From positions 1,088,137 to 1,152,136 of the forward strand of contig BCKZ01000006.1 of the NCBI GenBank assembly GCA_001600815.1: a stretch of 64,000 nucleotides of DNA. The letters run 5' to 3'. Of this stretch, positions 1-12,242 are shown one piece after another (within the stretch, counting starts at the first letter, position 1; each line of letters begins with the position of its first letter). Origin of the DNA: Alloascoidea hylecoeti. Taxonomy: Eukaryota. The notes beneath the pieces are model-generated. The model saw only the letters and a program-made list of their open reading frames with translations. It searched no databases and was not told the DNA's origin. The translations under genes and the position numbers were made by a program.

Positions 1-957
1 GAGTATATAAAAACTGGATCGTTGGGAAAATTCTTAGGCTTCTGGTCTGTATTGACTTCAACTGTGTATTCTTTTGGTGGTGTTCAATCAATTGCTCTAT
101 TAGCAGGAGAAACTTCTAACCCAAGATATAACATTCCCCTTGCAGCTAAAAGAATTATATTCAGGGTTGTCGCACTTTATCTCTTGACTGTTTTTATTTT
201 GACTCTCATTGTCCCATATAACGATAAAAATATTGCAACCGGAACAGGAAATGCCTCATCTTCTCCTTTTGTTATCGCTTTCCAGAGAGCAGGAGTTAAT
301 GCGATCCCCAGTATTATTAATGCGGTTGTGTTGACTTCAGCCTGGTCTGCTGCCAATCTTTCATTACTTATGGGTTCTCGAAATTTGTTCTCCTTAGCCG
401 CAAAAGGAATGGCTCCTAAGATTTTTCTAAGAACAAATAAATTTGGGTTACCTTACGTTGGTGTTATATTCTCAGCAATTTTTATTCCATTAGCATATAT
501 GTCAGTCTCTTCAAAGTCGGCTAATGTATTTAATTGGTTTCAAAATATGACATCCTCACTACTATTGGTAGGGTGGATGTTGATTTCAGCAAACCATGTT
601 GCGTTACACAGAGCTTTAAGAGCCCAGGGCTACACTAAGGAGGATCTACCTTTCAATTTTAGACTGGGTTCTTTGCCTGGATGGATTTCAGGTATCGCTT
701 CTTTCCTTATTTTTATTACGGCTGGATTTAAAGTGTTTATTCACGGATTTTGGAATTTTGAAACATTCTTTTCATCCTACTTCACTCTTGTACTATTGGT
801 GGTTTTATATATAGGCTGGAAGCTTTTTAAGAAGACTAAATTTGTGCGTTCATCTGATGTTGATTTGAAAACATTATTCGAGGATGTTGAAAAGAATCCG
901 CCTGTCTTTCCTCCTCCGATGAAGAAATGGCAGTATTTTAGTTTATTATGGTCATAA
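1..957 (+). CDS. APC/YAT-family amino-acid permease, C-terminal part (5' end outside window); PUT4/DIP5-like
   Basis: Frame is open from base 1 (EYIKTGSLGKFLGFW...). Motifs AGETSNPR, SSPFVIA, INAVVLTSAWSAAN and GSR-LFSLA are typical of yeast amino-acid permeases. Confidence 0.9.
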   Translation, partial: EYIKTGSLGKFLGFWSVLTSTVYSFGGVQSIALLAGETSNPRYNIPLAAKRIIFRVVALYLLTVFILTLIVPYNDKNIATGTGNASSSPFVIAFQRAGVNAIPSIINAVVLTSAWSAANLSLLMGSRNLFSLAAKGMAPKIFLRTNKFGLPYVGVIFSAIFIPLAYMSVSSKSANVFNWFQNMTSSLLLVGWMLISANHVALHRALRAQGYTKEDLPFNFRLGSLPGWISGIASFLIFITAGFKVFIHGFWNFETFFSSYFTLVLLVVLYIGWKLFKKTKFVRSSDVDLKTLFEDVEKNPPVFPPPMKKWQYFSLLWS

Positions 958-2009
958 ACCTGTTTTAATAATAAAATGATATAATGCTGAATATTTAGTA
1001 CTAATGTACCTTTACCATATATCCCTATACCTGCACTTCAGTTACTAAATATTGCGATCGATTAATGTTGAAGTCAAGCCTGTAGTATATGAAAATAGTG
1101 GTTCTGGAATATTACAGGATACATAGTTAATAAATACCGGTAAATGAATAAATAATGAAATACTATATAATATTATTGACCAGCTATTTACCTAAAGAAA
1201 CTATAGCATCCTTACTCGAAAGGTAAAATTTTTAATAAAAATAATGTATTAGTTAAGTATTCATAGTATAAAAAGATAGATAGAATAATAAATAAAACCT
1301 GTATATGTAATAAGACTAATACTAATAATGAATAAAGAAAAAACGAAGAAAAAAGAAGTGGAGATTTTGTCAACTAATAAAATTGATTGCGTGATTTAGG
1401 CTATCTATTGTAAAAATATTATTTAATTTTTACGGGAGAACTATAACTGAATGACTGAGAAGTTAGAATTATGTTGCAATTGCTATACTCCACTCTTATA
1501 TGTATACTTTAAAAGAAGCTATTTAATTAATAGTCTACCTAACTATAAAATATAGACCCTGTATCTATACCCATATAAATGATCTTAGTAGATCTAAAAA
1601 TATATTAATATTTATTCTTCTTAGAATTCTAATTATAATGGTTTCTTTTTATCCCTGATGATCAGTATCCCAGATAAAATAATAGGAATTTTTATTAATA
1701 TTAGAGACAGGAGATATTCAGGTGTGATTTTGTACTCACAATGTCTCCCATCGATAATATAGCTAGAACAGAGACTAATTAGTAAGTAGTAAGTAGCCAC
1801 TAGTCAGTGATCAGTAGTCACCCATGTCAATGATTCCGTTGTTGGTGTTTTTTTCAATTTCGATGGTACGGCTGGAAAAATTAAGGGTACGATTCCCTTA
1901 TGCATAATTTCAAAACTATGAAAAGTTTAAACCCTGCATTTAGTATACACGTAAAAAAGTAATATGATCATAATATAATTATATTTTAATCACCAGATTC
2001 ACGACCCAC

Positions 2010-2450
2010 CGCCATGTCAAAAAATTCTTTAACTCAAAGCGAGAAAACGATGGTTGAGATTAGATAATCGTTTTCCCTTAGGAATAGGTCAATTGCAAAT
2101 AACATTTGAGGAGTTTAATAAAATTTTCGGTTTCTCAGGAAGAAGAGATAGTACACATTTGGGAAATGGACAAACGCGGCTGTACTGTAGATAGAGCAGC
2201 ACAATTATTGCAATATCGTTGGTGAATATATCTAGACATGGTAAGAATGTATTCATCCTGACTCAGGTTCTCGATTGGTATAATTTCTTTGAAAAGGACG
2301 AAGATAACATGCAATTGTGCTTCATATAATTCAAATTGTTATGTGAAAAATATAAGCCTTATATGGTAAATACCAGTCATGCAATATTTACAATGAAGAT
2401 GACACGCGCTGTATGGAGATGTTGGAAAGTCCAGGAAAGTGTCGGTTCCA
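2010..2450 (+). mobile_element. Heavily decayed pogo/Fot1-like transposase remnant
   Basis: Broken frames give LTQSEKTMVE..LDNRFP, FGKW, LDWYNFFE and NIYNEDDT (~2382-2405), collinear with the CENP-B HTH and the IYNxDETG motif. Many stops and frameshifts. Confidence 0.4.
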
Positions 2451-2835
2451 GGGCGATTTCCATTTATTCCACAGTCGATCTCTCATAATTAATGGGAAAT
2501 ATACATAGTAATTTGGGTTGAATCCCCTAATGATATTGGTAATTCTGCCACACCTATGGCTATCTTTAAATAGAAACAGTCCAGAGTTTATGGTTTAAAG
2601 ATTTTAGCGAGGATAAGAGAAATAAATGGGTTGTTACGCGATCAAATAGTAGTTATAATTCATTCCACTTAATGAGCATTTAGATTAGGAAGCGTCCTCC
2701 TTTAAAAATGGGAAAATGACTTTTTATCTCTGACAGTTCTACTCATGTAAATAATGAATTTGTAGATAGTCGTTAAATATGTGATGGACTTATCGTTAAT
2801 TCTAATTTTTCATTTTGTTAGATGTGTTAGTATGT

Positions 2836-2843
2836 CCGGGTAA
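2836..2843. promoter_or_regulatory. Reb1-type site CCGGGTAA upstream of the RRF gene
   Basis: Exact match 75 bp upstream of the ATG. The same motif recurs upstream of FLC (12343, 12402), ODC (33998), CPA1 (39581) and MPE1 (47999, 48027). Confidence 0.6.
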
Positions 2844-2918
2844 AAGATACCCTATCCAAATTTAAACTTCTCCACCCATTTTATGGAAAAATTTAAAATA
2901 TTATCATCATTTTCAAAA

Positions 2919-3808
2919 ATGACATCTCGAGCTTTATTTAATGTCCTAAGGAGAACATCTGTGGCCGCAATTCCACAAATTAGAAGTAAATCACTTCGAT
3001 TTATCCCCACTCAATTACAATTTCAAGGGTGAGTTACACTATACCTAGTTAATTATATTTTGCAAACACTAAACACTAAACAATGATAAAAATGATAATT
3101 TTTATTTGATTATTTATTAGCCCAATAAGATCTATTCATCAAACATCAACTGTACTTAAAAAAGGATCTAAAGGGGGGTCTAAAGGAAAGAAAGAAAAAG
3201 AAGAAGAAATAATTGATGATGCCCATTCATCGGGAATTGATGAAGGAGCATTATTAAAATCTACTGAAGAAAAATTTAAAGCAACTATTGAATATTTTAA
3301 AGAAAAAGCTACTGAGATCAAAATTGGAAAGGCCAATCCTAAAATGTTTGATGATATTGAAGTTCCAATAGATCATAATCAAACAGTTCCTTTTAATACT
3401 ATAGCACAAACAAATTCTCGTGGTAAAGCATTACAAATTACTGTATTTGACACAAAATATGTTAAATATGTTGTTTCTGCAATAATTAGTTTAAATCTTA
3501 ACATTAATCCACAAGTTGATCCTAGAAATCCTCAGATGTTAAAAGTTCCTCTTCCAGGTGCTACAAAAGAATCTAAAGAACAAGCTATTAAATTGTTAAA
3601 AGATAAATACCAACATGTTAAGAATTCACCATCTAAGGTATCATTTTCAACTGCTCGAAAAGAAGCATTAGATAGTTCTAAAAAATTAAAAGGTGGAAGT
3701 GATGCTGTGAAGAAATTTACAAAAAAAATTGAAGATTTACATAAAGTATTTGATAAGAAATTAACTGAACACTTAAAAGCAACAGAGAAAGCTATTAATG
3801 ATGCTTAA
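2919..3808 (+). CDS. RRF1: Mitochondrial ribosome recycling factor; exons 2919-3028, 3121-3808
   Basis: Arg/Ser-rich presequence MTSRALFNVLRRTS. The GTGAGT...TAG intron 3029-3120 joins it in frame to IKIGKANPKMFDDIEV...LNINPQ...LKVPLP (RRF domain). Confidence 0.75.
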
Positions 3809-3917
3809 CTTTTTTAATATTTTTTGATAAATTTCATTTATTTTTAACAAACTTTGTACATAGTTAGCATGAAATATATATGAACTAATTATTAGGATAT
3901 TTTGAATCATATATAAA

Positions 3918-5833
3918 TTACGAATTTTTTGCTAAGACTCCAACAGCCTTAATTCTTTTCCATACGCTAGTATGATAACCAGCAACATTAAGAGCTTTTA
4001 CAAACTCCCATGCTTTTTTAACGTTTGGAATTGGATAATCTAGCGGCTTGGGAATAGCGGTACTTATGAATGGGTATTTGTCATAACATACACTTTTAGC
4101 ATAACATAACCCTTGAAGACCTTCTTCACCACCAAATTTACCATAGCCTGATCCACGTACACCACCAAATGGTAGTTGACAAACATAGAAGGTTGCGAAA
4201 TCATTTATTGCAACGTTTCCAGTACTCATATTATTAGTTACATATTGAAGATCTTTCTGATTGGTACCGAATACAGAACCTCCTAAACCAAATATTGTGC
4301 CATTTGCAATATCAACTGCTTCTTCAATGGTCTCAGCCTTCATAATAGTTAATACTGGGCCAAATACTTCGTTCTTTGCAATATCCATATCGGGTGTAAC
4401 ATCAACGAGAACAGTAGGAGTAAAATAATGACCTTGTGTATATTTTGGATGAATATATCGTTTCCCACCATATACTAAACGGGCACCTTGTTTAACAGCA
4501 TTATAAATCTGTTCTTCCAAATCTTTAAACCTAATATCTGTAATAGAAGCACCCATATCAACATCTTCTTGTTGATCGATAGCACTACCAAGTCTAATTT
4601 CAGGTACTCTTTTTTCAAAAATTTCAACTAATTGATCATAAACTTTTGGAAGGGCAACAACACGTTCAATACCAATGCAATTTTGACCACTTGACTGATA
4701 GGTTCCTCTTAATATGATAGAAGCTATACCTGGGATATTATTTGCATCATCTAATACAACAAATGCATCTTTCCCTCCCAATTCAACGACGACTGGTGTC
4801 AATGATTTAGAAGCAGCTGTCAATACTTTATGTGCTACTGGTTTAGATCCAATAAACGTAATATGAGAAATATCAGGATGACTGGTTAGATAGTCTGCAT
4901 CTTCTGGCCATATAGATATAACTTGTACCAATTCTGGATCATGACCACATACTTTTAACGCTCTTTTGACAATCTGTATAAAATGTAGTGACGACCAAAC
5001 AACGCTTTCGGAACATTTAACTACAATCCCATTTCCAGTAAATATAGCAGCAATTACAGGCCCCATAAGGTTATGAAATGGATAATTCCAAGATACTAAG
5101 GCGGCAACGACACCCATTGGTTCATACCTAACTTCAGCACCTTTATAACTCATTAATATATTACTTGGTCCTGGTCTTTTTGAAGGTTTCAAAGCCTTTT
5201 CACCATGTTTTAAGATCCAATTGATTTTTTCTAAAGTAACAAGAATTTCACCCATTGAAGCATCAACCATTGTTTTACCAGAATCTCTACATGCGACTCT
5301 TGCGATTTCATCCTGATGATCAACAATGTATTGACCAAGAGTATTTAAAACTCTTCTTCGTTCAGAAAAAGATGTTAGTTTCCATTTTTGTTGGGCTTTT
5401 GAAGATTGGAATATAGCATTATCGATATCTTCTTTTTGGGCACTTGGAACATTTCCTAAAAATTGGCCAGTTGCTGGACAGTAGCATTGAATAGTGTTTG
5501 GATCAGCTGCATTCTTGATCACAAAAAAGAATTGTTTAGTTATGTTATTAAGGCCGAGATTACAAAACTGACAAATTACATGAAAAAAAATAAACTTACC
5601 CTTAAAGATATTGGATCTAAATGTTTTCCTTTCCAATGAGGAGCGGCTTCAATTGGTGTTGAGAGCGAAAATTTTACAGCCTTTTCTTTTTTACTTGGTA
5701 TAATAAACCATTGTCGATATAAGAAATAGCACAAGGGAAAGATAAATGTGACTAGAAATGACAGAGATATTTCTTTAGTATGAAGAGGTAGCTCTGGAAT
5801 CCTTAAACAGAAGGATATATTTTTTGTTTTCAT
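3918..5833 (-). CDS. MSC7: MSC7-like (ALDH22) aldehyde dehydrogenase with N-terminal membrane anchor; exons 5833-5600, 5513-3918
   Basis: ALDH motifs SWNYPFHN, VELGGKD, SGQNCIG, EVFGPV and PFGG..SGYG. The IQCYCPATGQFLG N-terminus is typical of Msc7. Intron GTAAGT...AAG is phase 0. Confidence 0.9.
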
Positions 5834-6438
5834 GATTTTAAGTAAGGTGTTTATATTAAATCTAGAGAAGGGGCGATTTAAAAAAGTCGGCCATTAAAAA
5901 CAGCAGCAAGGCCCTATAAAAATAAGTTTAAACTTCAAAAAGAGAGGTTAGGTTGATCCGCCTGCACGTGCACACCAGTTCATAATATTAACGGAGCTGA
6001 AAAATCGTACCGTTTGTAAAAGTTTCAGAATATTCATTATAACGTTAACATTACAATTGAAATATAAATCCGTTATTATTATAAAAATTGGACATTTAAA
6101 TGGGAATTTCTAGAGGATCCGGACCTAATTATATTCATTGATTACATAATATAACCTTTCACATAAATTGTGTCTGCGTAAAACAAAGTTCGCTGCATAG
6201 TTAACTTATATTTGGCAGCTCAAAATAATATCAATTCGAATGCATGTCAAATAAGATTCGCTTAATAACTAACGGTAATACTTGTTAATATATACATATT
6301 ACAGTAGCTTTCAATCTTGTGTAGTTTGTGTTAGAGTGATATATAATCCACACCCGTTCTCAGTTATACTGTCGTGTTACTATACGAGGGTTTGCTCTAC
6401 GACTCATAAAATAGGGACCATATTTAAACAATTTCAAC

Positions 6439-7740
6439 ATGGCCTTACACAAAAATCTTGAGAAGACAATCGATTTAGTTTCTTCTCTCCCTGATGAAAT
6501 ATCTGGAATAATCTTCTTAGATTTGTCAATAACAACATTACTTAATTGTAGAAGAGTATCTAAATCATGGAAACAAATAGTTGAATATGATCATATATGG
6601 AAACCAAAGTTTTTACATCAAAAATGGAAATACTACAATGAACAAAAACTGATTCATGGTATCAGTTATATAGAGAACGTTATATTTTAGAATCAAATTG
6701 GAAAAATGGTGAATTTACAGAACATAAATTAAGTGGTCATTCTACTGAGACATTTTGTGTTAAATTCTTTAAAAACTGGATTTTAACTGGTTCAAAAGGT
6801 TGTACAATAAGAATTTGGGATTATGAAACTTTTAAATGTTTAAAAATATTAGGTAAACCAGATATTGAGATTTTAAAACGATTAGGTGCATCAAATATTC
6901 AGACTTTAAGTGAAAATTTACCACCAACAGAAATATTGAAATTAACAAAAGATATTAATATAAAATTTCATTTGGGTACAGTTAGTTTTCTGTATGGATA
7001 TTAATGATAAATATTTGGTTTCTGGTTCACATGAAGGTTCTTGTATAATTTGGAAATTACCAGATTTTAAACCAATACATCGATTTTTGATACCACCAAT
7101 AGGAGAAGATAAAATAACGTTTATAAATACTGTCATTCTATACAATGATTATATTGTATATTCTAAATTTAATTCTATTGGGGTTTGGAAACCAAGCATT
7201 GATAATTTAGAACATCAACTACATCATAATTTACGACACTATATAGAAGATGGTTGCATTATTGATATTTGCATTCATAATGGTATTCTATATGTTGGAG
7301 ACTATTACTATGCAACTGTAGGTGCCTGGAATATTGAAAGTGGTGAAAAGATTCAAGAATTTAAATATAAATATTTAGGATCCATGACGATATATGATCA
7401 AAACTTATTTGTTAGTGAGTACGACAAACTGATAGCTTTGGATTTACAAACAAATAAAACAAACGTTTTATCATGTGAAGAATTCTATACAGGAGTAACT
7501 CGATTATTAATAGTCAATGATAAAATCATTTGTGGTAACGATTGTATTAAGATTTGGAATTTAAATGATCAAAAATTATTTAAAGAATTTAAAATTTTAG
7601 GTCATGAAATATTAGATTTATCTCCTATTTTTACAATTCGTGCTGATTCGAAAAGACTAGCTGCTTTAACTATTGATGGTGATGTTGTTATTTATGATTT
7701 TACCGAAAAATTAAGGAAAAAATATTTAAAACATTTATAA
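6439..7740 (+). pseudogene. F-box/WD40 protein, copy A, two frameshifts (~6645 and 6980-6987)
   Basis: F-box LPDEISGIIF..L...LLNCRRVSKSWK. Middle frame reads SWYQLYRERYILESNWKNG..GHS..LTGSKGCTIRIWD. Third frame reads YLVSGSHEGSCIIWK. The second frameshift is a tandem AGTT duplication. Confidence 0.8.
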
Positions 7741-8213
7741 TCTACTGTTGAAATTGTTGGTAGTGTAGATTTAGAACTTGTAAATTTATTGTATGGGAAA
7801 TCTATTTTATTAAACTAAAAAACTAAGGAAACGTGCATGTTTAAATACTAAAAACATTCTCAATTTAGGGATAGTATTTTGCTGTTCGTGAACCATTCGT
7901 TTGCCTTAAACATCTCCGACTTTCTCTAATTCGGATTACATCCTTGTTCCATTTCGTCAGCTTTTCCATAACTTGATCCCAGACACCCTAGTTTCATGAG
8001 GATAAGTCCTTGTAGATGTCTCCTCATACATCTTAGTTTAAGCTTTAGTCCGAGGGTGTTGGTAATCAATTTCTACCCCAATTTCCGAGTGTGAATTAAA
8101 ATCCATTTATTCAAGGATTAGATGGATTTAATATGTTGAACCAATTGATGTGTGAATCTTTTCCAGCTTTCCATCCCCATGATTATGATTCATGATATCA
8201 TCGATTATATATA

Positions 8214-8760
8214 ATAACCTGTCACATATAAATCGTGTCTTCGTAAATTAAATTTCGCTGATAAATTAACATATTTTTGGCAGCAGATTCTAGCTTTCAT
8301 GTAACCATTCCTCTTATCATGGTAACCCATCCTCGATGACTTGACAATTACTTATAAATGTTAATGACAAAGATTCAGTGTCTAGTTCATCGGATAATAT
8401 TGGAAATTACAAGATTTTAAACCAATAGATCGTTTGATGATACAAAGGCAAATAAAACCTTGTGTAATGCCGTTTTAGACAATGATTTTATTATATTTTG
8501 TTATCATGATGATCGGATATCAAGTCTTGATAATTTTTAACAACAACTACAGTTGAATTTACTACAGGAAGACAAGGTTCCATCAATAGTAACTGAATTC
8601 ATAAGGTTATATCCGTATGGTGTAGAAGACGTTGCAACAACCTAGAATATTAAAACTGGACTTTTTCTTCCTATAATTAAACTTTAGTTGAGGATCAAAA
8701 TTATTAAGACTTAATTTAATGATTATACTATTAGTAATTGGAATTTAAATATAAAAATTC
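8214..8760 (+). pseudogene. Decayed tandem remnant of the F-box/WD40 gene with a duplicated upstream segment (copy C)
   Basis: 8214-8284 aligns with 6149-6219 (ataacct..cacata..gtgtct.cgtaaa..ttcgctg..tttggcagc). 8356-8445 encodes NVNDK..SS..WKLQDFKPIDRLMI, matching copy A INDKYLVSGS..WKLPDFKPIHRFLI. Confidence 0.7.
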
Positions 8761-9158
8761 AAAATTTACAACACATCCAGAACCTTATACTTGTCATTCT
8801 CCATTAATTTGTTTTGAAATCACAACAAATTTGTGAGAAAATATAGACGTTGACCTATTTATACACAAAGAACTAACTGTGATCGGTAAAATAATTAAAA
8901 TATATTGTCACATCATACACAAAATTTCGAAGAAATATTCGGCTTATTTATGTTAACAGAAGATTACTAGTAAACAAGAAGTAAAAATGGCATGCAACAA
9001 GTGTGGACAAAAATGTTCATTATTATATGATAAAATGGACATTTTGGTTCGTCGTCGAGTCGGATCGTTCTCAGATCCAAAATCCTAAAATATTATTGCT
9101 AAGATGTCTCGTCCGGAACATCTGAGTGGAAACCGCCGGGTGGGCTATGCTTACACTG

Positions 9159-9245
9159 CCATTTAACTTAATTTCGGCCATCTCATCTCTTCACAATATG
9201 GTTGAATATTTACTCCACCACATGGCCGAAATCAAGTGGATTAGA
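9159..9245. repeat. Short inverted pair ATTTCGGCCAT / ATGGCCGAAAT; member of a dispersed motif family
   Basis: 11-bp perfect inverted core, extending imperfectly to ~20 bp. Bases 9168-9183 are the exact reverse complement of 12466-12481. A related copy lies at 57234-57256. Confidence 0.6.
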
Positions 9246-9833
9246 AATCCCAACTCACATTTACTTCTAATTTTACAAAATCAAAGTGTAATATTAAAAT
9301 TTCAAAACATATGTTATTTTTATTTAACTCAAATTTATAAAAACTATATCAATATATAATAATATACTACCGAAAACCCCATATAGTTAGGTTTATTATA
9401 ACTTAAGCTTCAGTATTTGAAGATATCCAGATTAAAGATGAAGGATGAAAGATGAAAAATGTAAGGAAATAAAAAGACAAAGTAAAAAAATTGTGTTGTT
9501 ATTTTATCTTAAGAGAAGCATTAAATGCTATATATGATGTTTTTTATGTTGGTGGGTTTTGATTGATTTTTGATTTTTTGATTTTTCTTTTGGGGGGTTG
9601 TTGCTACCAGTAATTGTTAGTTTTTTATTTTCCTTGGCTTTATACACTAAAACGAAGAAAAAAAACAAAAAGATAAATGAAATAAGTAAAAAAGAAGAAA
9701 AAAAAAACATGTGTTCTAATTATAGCAATAGAATTAAAAAATTATGTGCGATTTTTTTGCACACTGCTAAATGTCAATTCAATCAAGTTTTTAATATGAT
9801 TAATAGAATAATTTAAAATTTAAATTTTTGGTT

Positions 9834-12242
9834 TTAATATCTTGTGTATCCAGAATTATTATTATTGCCATAACTTTGACCACCATTAAAGCTTTCATTA
9901 CTAACATTTCTTAATTTAGTTCTATCATCAACACTTGGTGTAGGGGTTAAAGATAAAGTTGATTCATTTGAAGGAGCTTTTAAAGGTAATTGATTATATT
10001 GACTATTACCATAAATTGGAGAATTGATAGTTGAATAATTATTTGATGATGGTAATATAGCAGAAGTTGGTTGAACTAAACCACCTATATTTGAATCGCT
10101 TAAACCATTATTATGATCACCTTCATAAGGCATTTTTGAAGTTGGGAATCTTGCATCAAATGGATCACCATCAACATCATCAATATCTCGATTATTATAA
10201 CCTGTATAAGCAGTATTTTGATATTGAGTTGAATCATGACCATGCATTGCTGTTGCACCAAGAGCATCTAATTCAGTATCACCATCTTTTTCTTTTTCTT
10301 TATTTCTATTTGCAAATGAAAATCGATCATCTTTAACTTGTTGATATCTTGAATCTGGATTTTTTGAAAAAAATGCAATTGAACAAGAACCAATAATCAT
10401 AATTAGTAAAACCAAAGCAAAAACAGCATTTAAAACGAAAAAAACAACTCCAGCAATTGAACCAACAACATCTGGTTGACCAAAAACATTACTCCAAAGT
10501 AAATAAAGAATAGAATTAATCAAACTTATAGTACATATACCAATATTAACACCATTTGTCCTTTTATCCATGTATGGTCTTATGATACAAGTTATTAAGA
10601 AATAAATAAATTCAATAATAAATATACCGACCGATTGAATTTTCCCATGACCTTGAGCAAAAGCAATAAAACAAGATCTAAATAGGATATAACATAATAA
10701 AATAATGACGAAATAATATGCTTGAGCTCTATATTGAACATATAAAAACCCTAAACGATTTAAAATTCGATCATCAGAATATAATAAATAAGCAGGATTT
10801 TTATAAATTTTTGTTGATTCTCTACCATATAAAACAACTCTTACTGCAGCATAAAGTAATAAACCATTAACTGAAAGTAATAAACAAACAGCAGAAACAA
10901 CAATTGCAACTGAATCTCTTTCACATAATTGCCATAGACATAAAACATTAATTTGTGGATAACCAATAACAAATAATCTATATAATGTACCTTTTAATAT
11001 AGTTGCCCAATATTGTCTAAAATTTGAAAATTTATTTGTATTCATTAGGTTTAATTTTGCTAAACTTTCAGTTATTGATTTAACTAAAAATATTAATATA
11101 ATTGATAAAAATACAATTATAAAAAAAAATGTAATTGATGTTAAAAATAAATTTGTAATTTCAATATTTGATTTATAAGCGACTCTTTGAATACCTCTTA
11201 AAACCAAGATATAACTTGATAAAGTCGATGATTTTTCATCCGTTGTATATAAAGAAGAATCATCAATAAAATCAGATTCACTTAATGTTAATCTTGGTAC
11301 TAATTGATGAGCAATTTGAGTAATTTCTGGCATACTTTTAATATGAAAAGAATCTCTTAATTGATCAGGTAATCTACTTGCAACTCTTGTTATTGCATCA
11401 CCAACAAAATCATTAATTTCTCTTTTCCTTTTTTGTACAGATATTGATAAAACAGATTTATTAATTAAAATTGATGTTGAGGTACCACCAGTGGCTTGAA
11501 CATACCAGTTAAATATCTTCTGCATAAAAGGTAAACTCATAATACCAAGGGTCCATTGGAAATTTTGAGCCCAAGAACTTGCAATGTTAGGACAAGCTTG
11601 AACACCCATCATTGCAGTAATAGCCAATGATTGGAAATAAACGAACAAAGAAACACTATTCGAGGAAATATGAGCAGCAGTGTTTGAATGACCGAACATG
11701 GAGGCTAAACCACCAGTAACTAAACCAATACCCGAAAGAACAGCAATGACCCATTGAACACCCTTTTGTTGGACACTCTTACCATTTGTTAAAACGGCCT
11801 CGACACAAGCTACAGCCGTTGTACTATTTTCAGTGTAAACAGCAACTCTAACTTTACCATCGAGATTTGGAATGGAGTAGGCTATGCTTGGAATATCCTT
11901 GACATAAGAAGCATCGACCGTGTAAGAAGTTTCGACATCCAGTCTTCCAGCACTTAACGGACAAACCTGAGAAACACCAAGGGAGCACAAACTGAGCTCT
12001 TCAGTAACGATCGTGATTCCATAGGCAATAACCTCGATTTTTGCGGTGGCTTTTCCGGATATGGTGGTAGTAGCAGCGATTTCGAAATCTACCGAGTTGT
12101 TGCCAGGCGTAAAGCGGACCTTAAAGGTGGAGGCCGTGAGCTCCGAATTGGCCATGCACGTGAGCAGGGAGGTTGATTCGATGTATTTGGCGTGGGCACC
12201 CAGGAGGCACGTGCCGAGGGTCAGCCAGGAAAGAAGCCTCAT
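9834..12242 (-). CDS. FLC: Flavin carrier / TRP-like ER membrane protein (FLC1/FLC2/pkd2 family)
   Basis: Signal peptide, ML-like domain (LLTCMANS, AYSIPNLDG, ACVEAVLTNGKSV), SWAQNFQW, LGFLYVQY, RPYMDKRTN; multiple transmembrane segments. Confidence 0.9.
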   Translation of the reverse strand: MRLLSWLTLGTCLLGAHAKYIESTSLLTCMANSELTASTFKVRFTPGNNSVDFEIAATTTISGKATAKIEVIAYGITIVTEELSLCSLGVSQVCPLSAGRLDVETSYTVDASYVKDIPSIAYSIPNLDGKVRVAVYTENSTTAVACVEAVLTNGKSVQQKGVQWVIAVLSGIGLVTGGLASMFGHSNTAAHISSNSVSLFVYFQSLAITAMMGVQACPNIASSWAQNFQWTLGIMSLPFMQKIFNWYVQATGGTSTSILINKSVLSISVQKRKREINDFVGDAITRVASRLPDQLRDSFHIKSMPEITQIAHQLVPRLTLSESDFIDDSSLYTTDEKSSTLSSYILVLRGIQRVAYKSNIEITNLFLTSITFFFIIVFLSIILIFLVKSITESLAKLNLMNTNKFSNFRQYWATILKGTLYRLFVIGYPQINVLCLWQLCERDSVAIVVSAVCLLLSVNGLLLYAAVRVVLYGRESTKIYKNPAYLLYSDDRILNRLGFLYVQYRAQAYYFVIILLCYILFRSCFIAFAQGHGKIQSVGIFIIEFIYFLITCIIRPYMDKRTNGVNIGICTISLINSILYLLWSNVFGQPDVVGSIAGVVFFVLNAVFALVLLIMIIGSCSIAFFSKNPDSRYQQVKDDRFSFANRNKEKEKDGDTELDALGATAMHGHDSTQYQNTAYTGYNNRDIDDVDGDPFDARFPTSKMPYEGDHNNGLSDSNIGGLVQPTSAILPSSNNYSTINSPIYGNSQYNQLPLKAPSNESTLSLTPTPSVDDRTKLRNVSNESFNGGQSYGNNNNSGYTRY

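Noticed and set aside
6640..6995. Programmed double frameshift restoring F-box copy A (the two shifts cancel)
   Set aside because: No convincing slippery heptamer or stimulatory structure. The second shift is a simple AGTT duplication relative to copy B, so pseudogenisation is simpler.
7860..8180. Coding-like minus-strand stretch between F-box copies A and C
   Set aside because: Possibly a TE relic, but no diagnostic motif was found.
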